A stretch of DNA of 64,000 bases, taken from Myxococcota bacterium (lineage in GTDB: Bacteria > Myxococcota_A > UBA796 > SXON01). The notes under the pieces are model-generated. The model saw only the letters and a list, made by a program, of their open reading frames with translations, searched no databases and was not told the DNA's origin. The position numbers were made by a program, and so were the translations under genes. Shown piece by piece: positions 1 to 14,355 of this stretch (positions are counted from its first letter, which is position 1; the number at the start of each line of letters is the position of its first letter). The stretch is from contig JAZKFH010000027.1 of the NCBI GenBank assembly GCA_040386535.1, forward strand, positions 243,685 through 307,684, read 5' to 3'.

Positions 1-291
1 CGGCGGCGTCGCCCCCCGAGCCCCATGACCCCCCGCTCGCCGACCCGCGCGGGTGCGGCGGCTCGGCGGCCATGGGGGTGCTCTTGCTCTCGGGCTGGCG
101 ACGGCGGACGCGGCGGATCATGACGTCGGCGTGAGGCGTGAGGCGGGGGCCTCGTCAACAGCGCAGCTCCTCGCCTCGTCGCCCGCAACCGCCGCACCCG
201 AGCATCTGCCCGCCGACGCCGACGGACCAGGGCCCGAGATGGCGCCGGCCCCGCTCCCGCCCGCTTGAGCTACACGCCGGGGGGCCACGCC

Positions 292-2247
<1,956 letters not shown>

Positions 2248-2490
2248 GTCGAGCTCGTGGTGCCCGATCCCCTACACAACCTGGGGCGCCGGGCGGCGTT
2301 GTCAGTTGTGGTCGTCTGCTGAGGGGTGTCGAGGAGTGTCACCGGCCGCCCCGACACGGGCGCGGTGGACGCGCACCGCGCGAGCCGCTCCCACGCCGCA
2401 CCGCCTCCACGTCGCCGCGGCGGCCGCGTCCGCGCGGTCCGTCCGCCCCATCGAGGATGCGCTCCCCGCCCCACCGAGTCACATTGTCCC

Positions 2491-3333
2491 ATGCCGGTGG
2501 CCGCCGATCTCGCCGCCCTGCTCCGCGACCGCCGGGTGGTCGCGCTCACCGGGGCCGGGTGCAGCACCGAGTCCGGGATCCCCGACTACCGCGGGCCCGG
2601 CACACGCGCGCGGGCGCGCAACCCCGTGCAGTATCGCGCGTTTATCGGCGAGGCCGAAGCGCGGCAGCGCTACTGGGCGCGCAGCATGATCGGGTGGCCC
2701 CGGTTCAGCGCGGCCGAGCCCAACGGCGGGCATCGGGCCCTCGCGGCGCTGGAGCGGATGGGGATCCTGCGCGGGCTCATCACCCAGAACGTCGACCGGC
2801 TGCACCACGTGGCGGGCAACACCGACGTCATCGAGCTGCACGGTGCGCTCGCCGAGGTGGTGTGCCTCGGGTGCGGCACGCTGGAGGATCGCGCCTCGCT
2901 CCAGGCGCGCCTCGCCCTGCTCAACCCGCGGTGGGAGGCGGACGTGGAGCTCGCCCCGGACGGCGACGCCGAGCTGGTCGCGGTCGAGGGCTTCCGGGTC
3001 GCCGACTGCCTCGCCTGTGGCGGCGTGCTCAAGCCGCGCGTGGTGTTCTTCGGCGAGAACGTGCCCCGGCCCACGGTCGATGCCGCGTTCGCCCACGTGG
3101 ACGCCGCGGAGGCGCTCCTGGTCGTCGGCACGTCGCTCACGGTCTATTCGGGACTGCGCTTCGTGCGCCGCGCCGCCGAGCGCGGGATCCCCGTCGCCAT
3201 CTGCAACCTGGGGCCGACGCGCGGCGATCCGCTCGCGACGATGCGGGTGGACGCGCCGCTCGGCGAGGTGCTGCCGGGGCTGGTGGAGGCCCTGGGCGCC
3301 GCCGGTCAGGGCTTGCGGGCCACCGCGAGGTAG
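2491..3333 (+). CDS. NAD-dependent protein deacylase, sirtuin family (class II/SIRT4-like)
   Basis: [27 protein letters not shown], two CxxC zinc pairs, [13 protein letters not shown] motifs. Start placed at ATG 2491 rather than the longer ORF start. Confidence 0.92.
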   Translation: MPVAADLAALLRDRRVVALTGAGCSTESGIPDYRGPGTRARARNPVQYRAFIGEAEARQRYWARSMIGWPRFSAAEPNGGHRALAALERMGILRGLITQNVDRLHHVAGNTDVIELHGALAEVVCLGCGTLEDRASLQARLALLNPRWEADVELAPDGDAELVAVEGFRVADCLACGGVLKPRVVFFGENVPRPTVDAAFAHVDAAEALLVVGTSLTVYSGLRFVRRAAERGIPVAICNLGPTRGDPLATMRVDAPLGEVLPGLVEALGAAGQGLRATAR

Positions 3334-3905
3334 GGCCGCCCGCCGTGCACATGGGGCGAGCCGTCGAGCCATCGCCGCTCGACCGTGGCGCCGAGGCCCT
3401 CGAGCACCTCCCAGGGGCGGCGATACAGGTCGGCCTGCGCGATCAGCTTGATCCAGGATGAAGCGGGGACCCAACGCTCGGCGTACACGTCGAAGATCAC
3501 GAAGCGACCGCCCGGCGCGAGCAGGGACCAGGTCGCGGCGAGCACGGCCTCGAAGTCCGGGATCACGGAGAGGCCGAGGGTGCTCACGATCGCGTCGATG
3601 GGGCCGATGTCCGCGGGGGTGAGCGTGCGGGCGTCCCGCTGAAGGAGCGTGACCTGGGGCAGCTCGGCCACCCGCGTGCCGGCCCGCGCGAGCATGCCCG
3701 CGGAGAAGTCGACCCCGAGCACCGAGCCGGTGGGCCCGACCGCGGCGGCGAGCAGCGGGAGGTTCGGGCCGGTACCGCACGCGAGGTCGAGCGCGCGTTG
3801 GCCGGGCGCGAGCCCCATCGCATTGATGACGCCGGCGCGGTAGTCCCGGTAGAAGCGCTCGACGCTACCGTCGTAGAACGTCGCGAACGTGTCGTACCAG
3901 GACAT
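3306..3905 (-). CDS. Class I SAM-dependent methyltransferase
   Basis: LDLACGTG motif [18 protein letters not shown]; 3' end overlaps the convergent sirtuin by 28 nt. Confidence 0.88.
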   Translation of the reverse strand: MSWYDTFATFYDGSVERFYRDYRAGVINAMGLAPGQRALDLACGTGPNLPLLAAAVGPTGSVLGVDFSAGMLARAGTRVAELPQVTLLQRDARTLTPADIGPIDAIVSTLGLSVIPDFEAVLAATWSLLAPGGRFVIFDVYAERWVPASSWIKLIAQADLYRRPWEVLEGLGATVERRWLDGSPHVHGGRPYLAVARKP

Positions 3906-3924
3906 GCGGCCTCCGCAGGGCGCT

Positions 3925-4710
3925 CTACCGTGACTCGCAGTCCAGCGTGAGCTTGAAGTTGGTCTCGGCCTCGTCGGGGCTGTCGACGTAGACCAGGAAA
4001 CGGTCGCCCTCGAACCCGGTGAAGGTCACGATGTCGTCCCCCTCGTCGGTGCCCGCCTCGCACTCGATCACGCTGTTGGACGAGGTGGGGCAGGTGTCCT
4101 CGGGCCAGTCCACGACGAACAGGTCGACGTCCTCGCACGGCGCGTTCAGGGTCGCGGTGACCGCCGTGGTCTCGTCGAACGAGATCTCGTAGACGCGGTC
4201 GGTGCCCTCGTAGTCCTCGGGGAACGGGGTGCAGTACCAGGCGAGGTAGCTGTCGTGGTGCCCGGCGTGCCCGCCGCCCGCCGTGGTCGCCTCGAGGGTC
4301 TCGCCGCACGTGAGCGTGCTGGTGACACAGTCCGGGCCCCCGGGCGACGCGCTGTCGAGCACCTCGTCGCAGAAGCCGGGGTCGGTGGTATCCGTATCGG
4401 TGTCGGCGTCCGTATCCGCATCGGTGTCGGCGTCCGTGTCCGCATCGGTGTCGGCGTCCGTGTCCGCGTCGGTGTCCGAGTCCGTGTCGGTGTCCGAATC
4501 CGCGTCGGTGTCGGAGTCGGTGTCCGTGTCGGTGTCGCCGTCCGTGTCGGTATCGGTGTCCGTGTCGGTGTCCGCGTCGCCCTCGGTGTCGGCGACACAC
4601 TCGCCGCCTTCCTCGTGGGTGCCCGACCCGCACGCGAGGGTGTCGTCGTCATCGGACTTGCCGCCGGAGCAGCCGGCGAGGAGGGCGAGGAGCAGGAGGG
4701 GAGCGCGCAT
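3925..4710 (-). CDS. Lipoprotein with DT/DA-repeat linker and C-terminal Cys-containing beta-sandwich (PPC-like) domain
   Basis: Lipobox LLAGC; (DT/DA)n tract; C-terminal 'DRVYEISF...VTATL...DVDLFV...FLVYVD' resembles pre-peptidase C-terminal-like domains. Confidence 0.78.
   Translation of the reverse strand: MRAPLLLLALLAGCSGGKSDDDDTLACGSGTHEEGGECVADTEGDADTDTDTDTDTDGDTDTDTDSDTDADSDTDTDSDTDADTDADTDADTDADTDADTDADTDTDTTDPGFCDEVLDSASPGGPDCVTSTLTCGETLEATTAGGGHAGHHDSYLAWYCTPFPEDYEGTDRVYEISFDETTAVTATLNAPCEDVDLFVVDWPEDTCPTSSNSVIECEAGTDEGDDIVTFTGFEGDRFLVYVDSPDEAETNFKLTLDCESR
4387..4578 (-). repeat. Coding repeat encoding (DT/DA/DS)n
   Basis: Tandem GTCGGT/GTCCGT/GTCGGC hexamers within the 3925-4710 CDS. 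Confidence 0.92.
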
Positions 4711-4740
4711 CGGACGTCCGGGGAGGCACGCCAGTATAGA

Positions 4741-5529
4741 TCAGGCCTCCCGTTCGGGCGTGCCCTCCGCGTAGACGGTCCACCGCTCCGGGCGAAGCCA
4801 GCCGATGAGCGTCATGCCGGCGGCGCGGGCCACGTCGACCGCGAGTGAGGTGGGCGCGCCGAGCGTGACGACGAGGGGGACCCGCGCCACGAGCGCCTTC
4901 TGGACGATCTCGAACCCGGCGCGGCTCGACACGAGCAGGCCGAGGCCGGCGAAGTCGAGGGCGTCCGCGCGCAGCCGCGCGCCGAGCACCTTGTCGACAG
5001 CGTTGTGGCGGCCCACGTCCTCACGCAGGTTGAACAAGGCGCCGCTCGCGTCGAACAGGGCGGCGCCGTGGAGCCCCCCGGTGGAGCGGAACGCGCCCTG
5101 GCCGGCGCGCAAGGCGTCGGGGAGCCCGGCGAGGACGGCGGGGGAGGGCATCCAGCCGACGACGCCGTCGAACCGGGTGCGGAGGCGGTCGATGGAGGCC
5201 TTGCCGCAGATGCCGCACGAGCTGTTGGCGTAGAGGGCGCGGTCCGCCGAGCGGGCCCGGGCCGCGGGGACACCCTCGGCGAGGCGCACGTCGACGGTGT
5301 TCTCGCCTACGATCGCGAGCGCGCGCAGATCGTCGGGCCCGTCCACCACGCCCTCGGTGAACAGGAAGCCGGCGGCGAGGTCGAGATCGTCGCCGGGGGT
5401 GCGCATCGTGATGGCGGCGGGGATGCCCTCGACGCGGAGCTCCAGGGGCTCTTCGACCGCGATGGCGTCGAGGTCTTCAAGTGATTCGCCGCCTACGAAG
5501 CGACGGACGACGATCTCCCGGCTTCTCAC
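4741..5529 (-). CDS. fdhD: Formate dehydrogenase accessory sulfurtransferase FdhD
   Basis: VEEPLELRV, TMRTPG, SSCGICG, TGGLHGAALF, EDVGRHNAVDK motifs; directly downstream of the molybdopterin oxidoreductase. Confidence 0.95.
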   Translation of the reverse strand: MRSREIVVRRFVGGESLEDLDAIAVEEPLELRVEGIPAAITMRTPGDDLDLAAGFLFTEGVVDGPDDLRALAIVGENTVDVRLAEGVPAARARSADRALYANSSCGICGKASIDRLRTRFDGVVGWMPSPAVLAGLPDALRAGQGAFRSTGGLHGAALFDASGALFNLREDVGRHNAVDKVLGARLRADALDFAGLGLLVSSRAGFEIVQKALVARVPLVVTLGAPTSLAVDVARAAGMTLIGWLRPERWTVYAEGTPEREA

Positions 5530-5532
5530 CTG

Positions 5533-7803
5533 TCAGATCCGCTCGATCCGCACCACCGCGTTGTAGTCCGGCTCCTCCGAGCGCGGATCGATGCGGCGGC
5601 CGATGAGCACGTTGCACTCGGGCCAATAGGCCTGGAGGATGCCCGTGCGGATGTCGGCGCGGCGGAGCGTCACGTCCATCTTGCCGATCTCGCTCGTGAC
5701 GCGGGCGCGGGCGCCGTCGGCCAGGCCGAGCTTCATCAGGTCGGCTTCGCTGATGAGGATGTCGTCCCGCGCGCGGCCGCCCTGGAGCGGGTCGTGGTCC
5801 TTGATGACGATGCTGTTGAACTGCTTGCCGCGGCGCGTCGTGAGGTAGTAGGCGCCCTCGGGCACCTCGATACGTTTTGGTTCGAGCAGGGTGAACCGGG
5901 CCTTCTCGTCGGGCATCCCCGCGAACTTGCCGCCGACGCACAGCTGTGCGCCGCCCCACTGCACCCAGTCGCCCGCCTTCTCCAGCTTGTCGATGCCGGC
6001 GTAGAGCGGCACCGTGGCGGCGATCTCCTTCCGGATCACGCTCGCGTCGGCATAGGTGAGCTGCTCGGCGGTGCCGGGGAAGGCCGCCATGACCACCTGA
6101 CAGGGGATCTCGTACTCGGGCCGGCTCTCGCCCACCTGGGGGTGCCCGGGGATCTCGGGCGAGAAGCGGATGCGGCGCTCGGTGTTGGTCGACGTGCCGC
6201 CGCCGCGCTGCTCGTAGCGGGTCTGCGCGGGCAGCACGAGCACGGTGTCGGCGCCTTCGAGCACGGTCGACGTGTTGAACACGATGTCCTGGTGGATGCG
6301 GAACTTGACCTTGGCGTAGGCGTCGGCGACCCACACCGGATCGGGCAGGACGGCGAACAGGTTGCCGCCCACGTTGTACAGAAAGTCGATGCCGCCCTCG
6401 CCCATGCGCTCGACCATGCGCATCGTCGTGAGCCCCTTGGTGCGCGGCAGCGGATGTTGCCAGTGCTGCTCGAAGCGCTGGAGGTTCTCCTCGGTGAGCG
6501 GGATCCCGCCGGGGAGGATGCCAGGGGCCACGCCGCACTCGCCGCCGCCCTGCACGCCCGAGTGGCCGCGGATGGGGAGGATGCCGGTCTTCTCGCGGCC
6601 GATCATGCCGCGCGACAGGTGCAGGTTGACGATGGCCTCGACGTTCTCGGTGCCGAACGTGTGTTGGGTCAGGCCCATCGAGTAGATCGTGACGCACGTC
6701 CGCGCGCGGCCGTAGAGCTCCGCGAGCCACTCGATGCGCGGCTTGTCGACGCCGGAGTCGCGCACGATGTCGTCCCACGCCATCGCGGTGACGTGGGCTT
6801 CCAGATCGGCCCAACCCGTCGTGTGCGCGTCGACGTAGGCGCGGTCGACGCCGCCGGTCTCGATCAGCGACTTGAGCACGCCGTTGAGCAGCGCGATGTC
6901 GCCGCCGACCTGCACGGGCACGAAGTCGTCCATGAGCGTGGTGCCGAACAGCGCGCTCTTCGGCATGGACGGCACCCAGTAGGACTCGAGGCCCTTCTCG
7001 CGCACCGGGTTGATGACGACGATGCGGGTGCCCTGCGCCTTGGCGTGCGCGAGGTACTTCATCGTGACCGGCTGGTTGTTGGCGATGTCCGTGCCCCAGA
7101 GCAGGAGCAGGTCGGTGCCGATCAGATCCTTGAGCGAGCAGGTGGGCGCGCCGACGCCGATCGTGGCCTTGAGGCCCGACACCGTGGCCTGATGGCACAG
7201 CCGCGCGCACAGGTCGACGTTGTTGGTGCCCGCGAGCCGCGCGGCCTTGGTGAACGCGTAGTAGACCTCGTTCGTGATGCCGCGCGAGGTGGCGAACCAC
7301 GCCTGGCGCTCGGGCGCCGTTTCGCGGAGGGCGGCGCCGGCCATCGCGAGCGCGTCGTCCCACGAGATGCGTCGGAAGCCGCGATCGTTCTTGCGGTACA
7401 CGAGCGGGTAGGGGATGCGCCCGAGCGCCTGGAGCTGGCGGTTGTCCATGCGGCGGAGGTGGTGGATGTCCGCCACGTCCGCCGGGACGAACGCCGGCAT
7501 CGTGTTGAGCCGGAGCAGCTTCAGGCGGGTGGTGCAGAGGTGCGTGCCCTCGATGACGTCGTCCTTCAGCCCGCGGGGGCCCAAGGAGCAGCCGTCACAC
7601 ACGCCCTTGTTCAGGATGCGCCATGCGTACGGGAGGCTGTCCCGGTTCTCCCACAACACCTCCGCCATCTCGAGCATGTGGTGCGGCTTCTGCCGGCCCA
7701 GGCCGAACGGGGCGAGGGAGGCGATCCGGTCGGTGCCGCGCACCGGCTCTCGGGAGCTCGGCGAGGAGCTCGGAGGGGAGGATGAAGGAGGGTTCACGCT
7801 CAT
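5533..7803 (-). CDS. FdhF/YdeP-family molybdopterin oxidoreductase
   Basis: GVCDGCSLG, GTNNVDLCARLCH, PIRGHSGVQG, TTRRGKQFNS and C-terminal dinucleotide-binding motifs. Confidence 0.92.
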   Translation of the reverse strand: MSVNPPSSSPPSSSPSSREPVRGTDRIASLAPFGLGRQKPHHMLEMAEVLWENRDSLPYAWRILNKGVCDGCSLGPRGLKDDVIEGTHLCTTRLKLLRLNTMPAFVPADVADIHHLRRMDNRQLQALGRIPYPLVYRKNDRGFRRISWDDALAMAGAALRETAPERQAWFATSRGITNEVYYAFTKAARLAGTNNVDLCARLCHQATVSGLKATIGVGAPTCSLKDLIGTDLLLLWGTDIANNQPVTMKYLAHAKAQGTRIVVINPVREKGLESYWVPSMPKSALFGTTLMDDFVPVQVGGDIALLNGVLKSLIETGGVDRAYVDAHTTGWADLEAHVTAMAWDDIVRDSGVDKPRIEWLAELYGRARTCVTIYSMGLTQHTFGTENVEAIVNLHLSRGMIGREKTGILPIRGHSGVQGGGECGVAPGILPGGIPLTEENLQRFEQHWQHPLPRTKGLTTMRMVERMGEGGIDFLYNVGGNLFAVLPDPVWVADAYAKVKFRIHQDIVFNTSTVLEGADTVLVLPAQTRYEQRGGGTSTNTERRIRFSPEIPGHPQVGESRPEYEIPCQVVMAAFPGTAEQLTYADASVIRKEIAATVPLYAGIDKLEKAGDWVQWGGAQLCVGGKFAGMPDEKARFTLLEPKRIEVPEGAYYLTTRRGKQFNSIVIKDHDPLQGGRARDDILISEADLMKLGLADGARARVTSEIGKMDVTLRRADIRTGILQAYWPECNVLIGRRIDPRSEEPDYNAVVRIERI

Positions 7804-7911
7804 TTCACGCCCCTAATTCGCCCGGCGTGCAGCTGTGGAGGGGCGTCGCGGCGCAGGGTTGCCCTTTCCGGTCGTGGAACCCGCGCTTACCGTCCCGCTC
7901 GCGAGCCTCAC

Positions 7912-10248
<2,337 letters not shown>

Positions 10249-10291
10249 GCGCTACGAACCTGCGACGATCACGGGGCTCTGCCGACGCGGG

Positions 10292-10543
10292 CTAGAGAGC
10301 CGTGTCGTCGCTCGTTGCTTCGGAGCAGCCGGTGCCGTTCGCGTCGTCCTCGGCCTGGAGCTGGGTGAGGCTGGACTCGCACGCGTCCTGCAGCTCGGGA
10401 TCGGTGCCGTCGTTCTCGGTGCGGCACTGGTCACAGTCGTAGGCAGCCTCGCCTTCGTGGCACTCGCAGACGTAGTCGCAGTAGTCCACGCAGGGGTCGC
10501 CGAAGTCGACGCCGAAACAAGCGGAGAGGAGGAGGAGCAGCAT
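10292..10543 (-). CDS. Small Cys-rich acidic lipoprotein, hypothetical
   Basis: MLLLLLSAC lipobox followed by CxxxCxxxCxC and further Cys residues; fits between recQ and the SDR gene. Confidence 0.72.
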   Translation of the reverse strand: MLLLLLSACFGVDFGDPCVDYCDYVCECHEGEAAYDCDQCRTENDGTDPELQDACESSLTQLQAEDDANGTGCSEATSDDTAL

Positions 10544-10563
10544 GGCGGGTTAGTAACGCCCGG

Positions 10564-11325
10564 ATGCATCCCTCGCTGTCCGATCGTGTGGTGGTGGTCA
10601 CGGGCGCCACGAGCGGGATCGGCCGCGCGACGGCCCTCCGCTTCGCGAAGGCGGGCGCGAAGGTCGTGGCGACCGGACGGGATCAGCGGCGGCTCGCCGA
10701 GATCGCGCCCGAGGTCGACTGCACGCTCACGCTCGACGTGACCGACCCGGAAGGTGTCGCGATCTTCGCCGCGGCGGTGGTCGATCGGTACGGCGGGGCC
10801 GACGTCCTCGTGAACAACGCGGGCATCGGGCTCTTCGAAGGGTGGGAGACGACGGAGGACGCGGCGCTTCGCCGCGTGATGGACGTGAACCTGCACGGTG
10901 CCGTGGCCGTCGCGCGGGCCCTGCTCCCGTCCCTGATCGCGCGAAAGGGCGTGCTGGTGCAGGTCGCGAGCGTGGCGGGCAAGCGCGGCTACGCGAAACA
11001 CACCGCCTACTGCGCCGCCAAACACGCGCTCGTGGGCTGGTCCGAGGCGCTGCGGCACGATCTGCGCGGCACCGGCTGCGACGTGGTCGTCGTGTGCCCG
11101 CCCGCCGTGCGCACCCCGTTCTTCGAGAACGCCGGCTACCTCACCTTCGACGAGGACCACCCCAACCTCGTGCCGATGACGGCGGACGCGGTCGCCGCCG
11201 GCATCGTGGACGCCGCGGCGACGCGCCCCCGGACCGTCATCCTCTCGCCGCGAGCGCGCGCGCTCTACGCGCTCTCGGTGGTGGCGCCGGCCCTGCTGGA
11301 GCGGATCCAGGGGCTCAAGCGGTAG
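10564..11325 (+). CDS. Short-chain dehydrogenase/reductase (SDR)
   Basis: TGATSGIG, NNAG, YCAAK catalytic motif. Confidence 0.93.
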   Translation: MHPSLSDRVVVVTGATSGIGRATALRFAKAGAKVVATGRDQRRLAEIAPEVDCTLTLDVTDPEGVAIFAAAVVDRYGGADVLVNNAGIGLFEGWETTEDAALRRVMDVNLHGAVAVARALLPSLIARKGVLVQVASVAGKRGYAKHTAYCAAKHALVGWSEALRHDLRGTGCDVVVVCPPAVRTPFFENAGYLTFDEDHPNLVPMTADAVAAGIVDAAATRPRTVILSPRARALYALSVVAPALLERIQGLKR

Positions 11326-13513
11326 GGGACCTGCGGCGGACCACGGCGCCGAGCGCGAGCAGGCCGAGCGCGAGGCCCGCGGCGGGCGACGTGGTCGAAC
11401 AGCCGCAGCCGTCCTTGACCTTGTCCTGGCCCGAACCGCCGGTGTCCTCGACGACCGGCTCCCCGGTGTCCCCCGTGTCGCAATCCGTGACCGACGGGTC
11501 TGTGTCGTCGCAGTCCTCGTCCGCCACGAGGCCGTCCCCGTCCTGGTCGGTGTCGTTGCCGTCACAGTCCTGGTCGATGCCGTCGTACCAGACCTCGGTC
11601 GCGTCGGGGTTCACCGCGGAGTTGGCGTCGTCACAGTCCTCGTCCACCGCGGCGCCGTCGCCATCGACATCGTACTCGTCCGCGTCCACGCAGTCGGTGA
11701 CCACGCCGTCGTAGGGCTCGTCGGGCGCGCCGGTGTACACCGCGGGGTCGGCGTCGTCGCAGTCGGTGCCGCCGTGGCTCGCGGAGTCCTGGCCGTCCAC
11801 GTCCTGGTCGAAGTCGGAGTTGGCGGCGCAGTCGGCGTCCACGCCGTCGTACCAGGCGTCGGGCGCGCCGGGGAACGTGCTGGCGAGCACATCGTCGCAG
11901 TCCGTGCCGGCCGGGTGGCCGTCGCCGTCCTGGTCGTCGTCGTTGCCGTCACAATCCTGGTCGACCGCGTCGTACCAGACCTCGGGCGCGTCGGGACGCA
12001 CGTCCGCCGAGGTGTCGTCGCAGTCGAGCGCGTCGTCGGTGTAGCCGTCGGGCTGGGTGCACGCGCGGGTCGTGTCGCCGGCCGAGCCCCAGCCGTCCGT
12101 GTCGGCGTCGAGGTACCACGTCAGGGCGTCGGCGGCGTCGGCCTCGTCGACCGTGCCGTCGCAGTCGTCGTCGACCGTGTTGCACGACTCCACGCCGCCC
12201 GGCAAGATGGCGGCGTTCGCGTCGTTGCAGTCCTCGCACGCGGTCACGCCGTCGCCGTCGTTGTCCTCGGTGCCGGCCGAGCCGTCGCAGTTGTAGTCGA
12301 CCGCCTCGTCGCAGACCTCGCGGGCGCCGGGGTTGTAGCGGTTGTCGCCGTCGTCGCAGTCGCCGGGGACCGCGGTGTAGCCCGAGGGCACAGCGCACCG
12401 CGCCACCGTCGCGTCGCCGCCGTAGCCGTCCCGGTCGGCGTCCGCATAGAACGTCGAGGTCCCGGTGACACCGCTGTCGGCGTCGTCCGCGCGCGTGTCG
12501 CAGTCCTCGTCCAGATCGAGGGCGTCGCACACCTCGGCCGCGTCGGGGTTGACGCCGCCCCGGGTATCGTCGCAGTCGCCGCCGTCGACGACGTAGCCGG
12601 CGGGTGCCGAGCATTCGTGCAAGGAGACGGACTCGTCCCCGTACCCGTCCGCGTCGGCGTCACGGTAGAACAGCTCCACGTCGACCGAGTCCGGGCCGTC
12701 GATCGCGCCGTCGCAATCCTGGTCGATCCCGTCGCACACCTCGAACGTGTCCGGGCGGATGTCGAAGTTGGTGTCGTCACAGTCGCCCGCCACGGTCAGG
12801 TGGCCCGCGAGCGCGCTGCAGCTGCGCGTCATCGCGTCGTCGTCGCCGTAGCCGTCTCCGTCGTCATCGGGCCAGTACGCGGTGCCGTCGGTCGGGCTCT
12901 CGTCGACCGTGCCGTCGCAGTCCTCGTCCACGCCGTCGCACGTCTCCGCCGCGCCGGGAAACACGCCGCGGTCGTCATCGTCGCAGTCGGCCCCGGTGCC
13001 GTCGTCACACGCTTCGACGCCGTCCCCGTCGAGGTCGTCACAGCCGTCGTCCACCGTGAGCGTGAGGTTCGACGCGAGCGCCCACGCGTCTCCCGAGTCG
13101 CTCCGGTTGTTGTTCACCGCGTTGCCGGCGCCGCGCAGGGTGTAGGTGCCCTCGGCCGTGGGCGCGGTCCACGCGAAGTTGAAGGTGACCGATCCCGCGG
13201 ACATCGAGGTCGTGGCCGAGTGGGTGACCTCGCTCGCGGCCACCCGCGTGTTGGAGCCCGCGCGGAGCGTGCCGCCGGACACCGACACGTCGAGGCCGGC
13301 CCCCGTGTAGGACGCGCCCGAGTTCGCGACGACCATCGTGAGCGTGATGGCCTCGCCCGGGGCGACCACCGTGTCGGACGCCGCCAGCGTGGCGGTCGTG
13401 GAGGCGGAGGCGGTGGCGCCGTGGCACGCGCCGCACCCGGTGGTGGAGCTGCCGGTCTTTCCGGCGCTGGAGGCGAACGCCGGGGAGGTCGCGAGGAGGA
13501 GGAGCAGGCTCAT
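11315..13513 (-). CDS. Secreted protein: CxxCH/Reeler-like N-domain, about 9-10 acidic Cys 'putative metal-binding' repeats, MYXO-CTERM-like tail
   Basis: Signal peptide MSLLLLLATSPAFA; GCGACHG; repeated DCDD...PGA.E.C/WYDG.DQDCDG; C-terminal GCGCST-hydrophobic helix-RRR. Confidence 0.88.
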   Translation of the reverse strand: MSLLLLLATSPAFASSAGKTGSSTTGCGACHGATASASTTATLAASDTVVAPGEAITLTMVVANSGASYTGAGLDVSVSGGTLRAGSNTRVAASEVTHSATTSMSAGSVTFNFAWTAPTAEGTYTLRGAGNAVNNNRSDSGDAWALASNLTLTVDDGCDDLDGDGVEACDDGTGADCDDDDRGVFPGAAETCDGVDEDCDGTVDESPTDGTAYWPDDDGDGYGDDDAMTRSCSALAGHLTVAGDCDDTNFDIRPDTFEVCDGIDQDCDGAIDGPDSVDVELFYRDADADGYGDESVSLHECSAPAGYVVDGGDCDDTRGGVNPDAAEVCDALDLDEDCDTRADDADSGVTGTSTFYADADRDGYGGDATVARCAVPSGYTAVPGDCDDGDNRYNPGAREVCDEAVDYNCDGSAGTEDNDGDGVTACEDCNDANAAILPGGVESCNTVDDDCDGTVDEADAADALTWYLDADTDGWGSAGDTTRACTQPDGYTDDALDCDDTSADVRPDAPEVWYDAVDQDCDGNDDDQDGDGHPAGTDCDDVLASTFPGAPDAWYDGVDADCAANSDFDQDVDGQDSASHGGTDCDDADPAVYTGAPDEPYDGVVTDCVDADEYDVDGDGAAVDEDCDDANSAVNPDATEVWYDGIDQDCDGNDTDQDGDGLVADEDCDDTDPSVTDCDTGDTGEPVVEDTGGSGQDKVKDGCGCSTTSPAAGLALGLLALGAVVRRRSPTA

Positions 13514-13545
13514 CCATGGCGATTACATCCGCCGAGGCTACCCCG

Positions 13546-14355
13546 TCAATCGATGTCTTCGTCCAGCGTGCCGCGGCCGCCCGCGATGAACTCGCGGACG
13601 TAGCGGATGTCGGCCTTCTCTGTCTCCTCCGCCGTGCCGGTGAACGCGATGCGCTTGTTGTAGAGCATCGCGATGCGGTCGCTCACGGTGAAGCAGGAGT
13701 CCATGTCGTGGGTCACGACGATGCTGGTCACGCCGAGGCGCTTCTGGAGCGACAGGATGAGGCCGTTGATGCGCCGCACGTTGATGGGATCGAGCCCGGT
13801 GGTGGGCTCGTCGTAGAGGATGACCTCGGGCTTGATCGCGATGGCGCGGGCGAGGCCCACACGCTTGCGCATGCCGCCGGAGAGCGCCGCCGGCTTGAGC
13901 AGCTCGGTGCCGGGGAGCCCGACCATGTCGAGCACCTCCTCCACGCGCTGGTCCATCTCCTTCTCGGTGCCCCAGTGGTGCTCGCGCAGGGGGTACTTGA
14001 TGTTCTGCGCCACGGTCAGCGAGTCGAACAGGGCGCCGCTCTGGAACAGGAACCCGAACCGCCTGCGGATGGGCCCCATGCCGCGCTCGTCGAGCTTCGT
14101 GACCTCCTGGCCGAACGCCTGGATGCTCCCCGCGTCGGTCGAGAGCAGGCCCGTGAGCATCTTGAGGAGTACGCTCTTGCCAGTGCCCGAGCCGCCGATG
14201 ATCGTGAGGGTCTCCCCCGGGTACACGTCGAGCGTGCAGTCCTCGTAGATGACCTTGGGGCCGAACGCCTTCTTCACGCCGACAAAACGGATGATCGGCT
14301 CGGCCGCGACGGGCTCGGGGAGGCCATCCTGGGGGAGAACGGTGGGTTCAGCCAT
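13546..14355 (-). CDS. mlaF: MlaF/Mkl-type ABC transporter ATP-binding protein
   Basis: GGSGTGKS, FQSGALFDSLTV, LSGGMRKRVGLARA, YDEPTTGLDP; overlaps mlaE. Confidence 0.92.
   Translation of the reverse strand: MAEPTVLPQDGLPEPVAAEPIIRFVGVKKAFGPKVIYEDCTLDVYPGETLTIIGGSGTGKSVLLKMLTGLLSTDAGSIQAFGQEVTKLDERGMGPIRRRFGFLFQSGALFDSLTVAQNIKYPLREHHWGTEKEMDQRVEEVLDMVGLPGTELLKPAALSGGMRKRVGLARAIAIKPEVILYDEPTTGLDPINVRRINGLILSLQKRLGVTSIVVTHDMDSCFTVSDRIAMLYNKRIAFTGTAEETEKADIRYVREFIAGGRGTLDEDID

Noticed and set aside
1..121. Possible gene start on the - strand running off the left edge
   Set aside because: Too short to evaluate; no recognisable motif.
2491..3333. Sirtuin as part of an anti-phage (Thoeris/DSR/pAgo) system
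   Set aside because: It has the zinc-binding classical deacylase architecture and no defence genes are adjacent.
5533..7803. Selenocysteine-containing formate dehydrogenase
   Set aside because: No in-frame TGA; the active-site region has Cys (ARLCH), consistent with the YdeP-like subfamily.
10292..10543. Heme-binding motif in the small Cys-rich lipoprotein
   Set aside because: The motif is CxCH (CECH), not CxxCH; disulfides are more likely.
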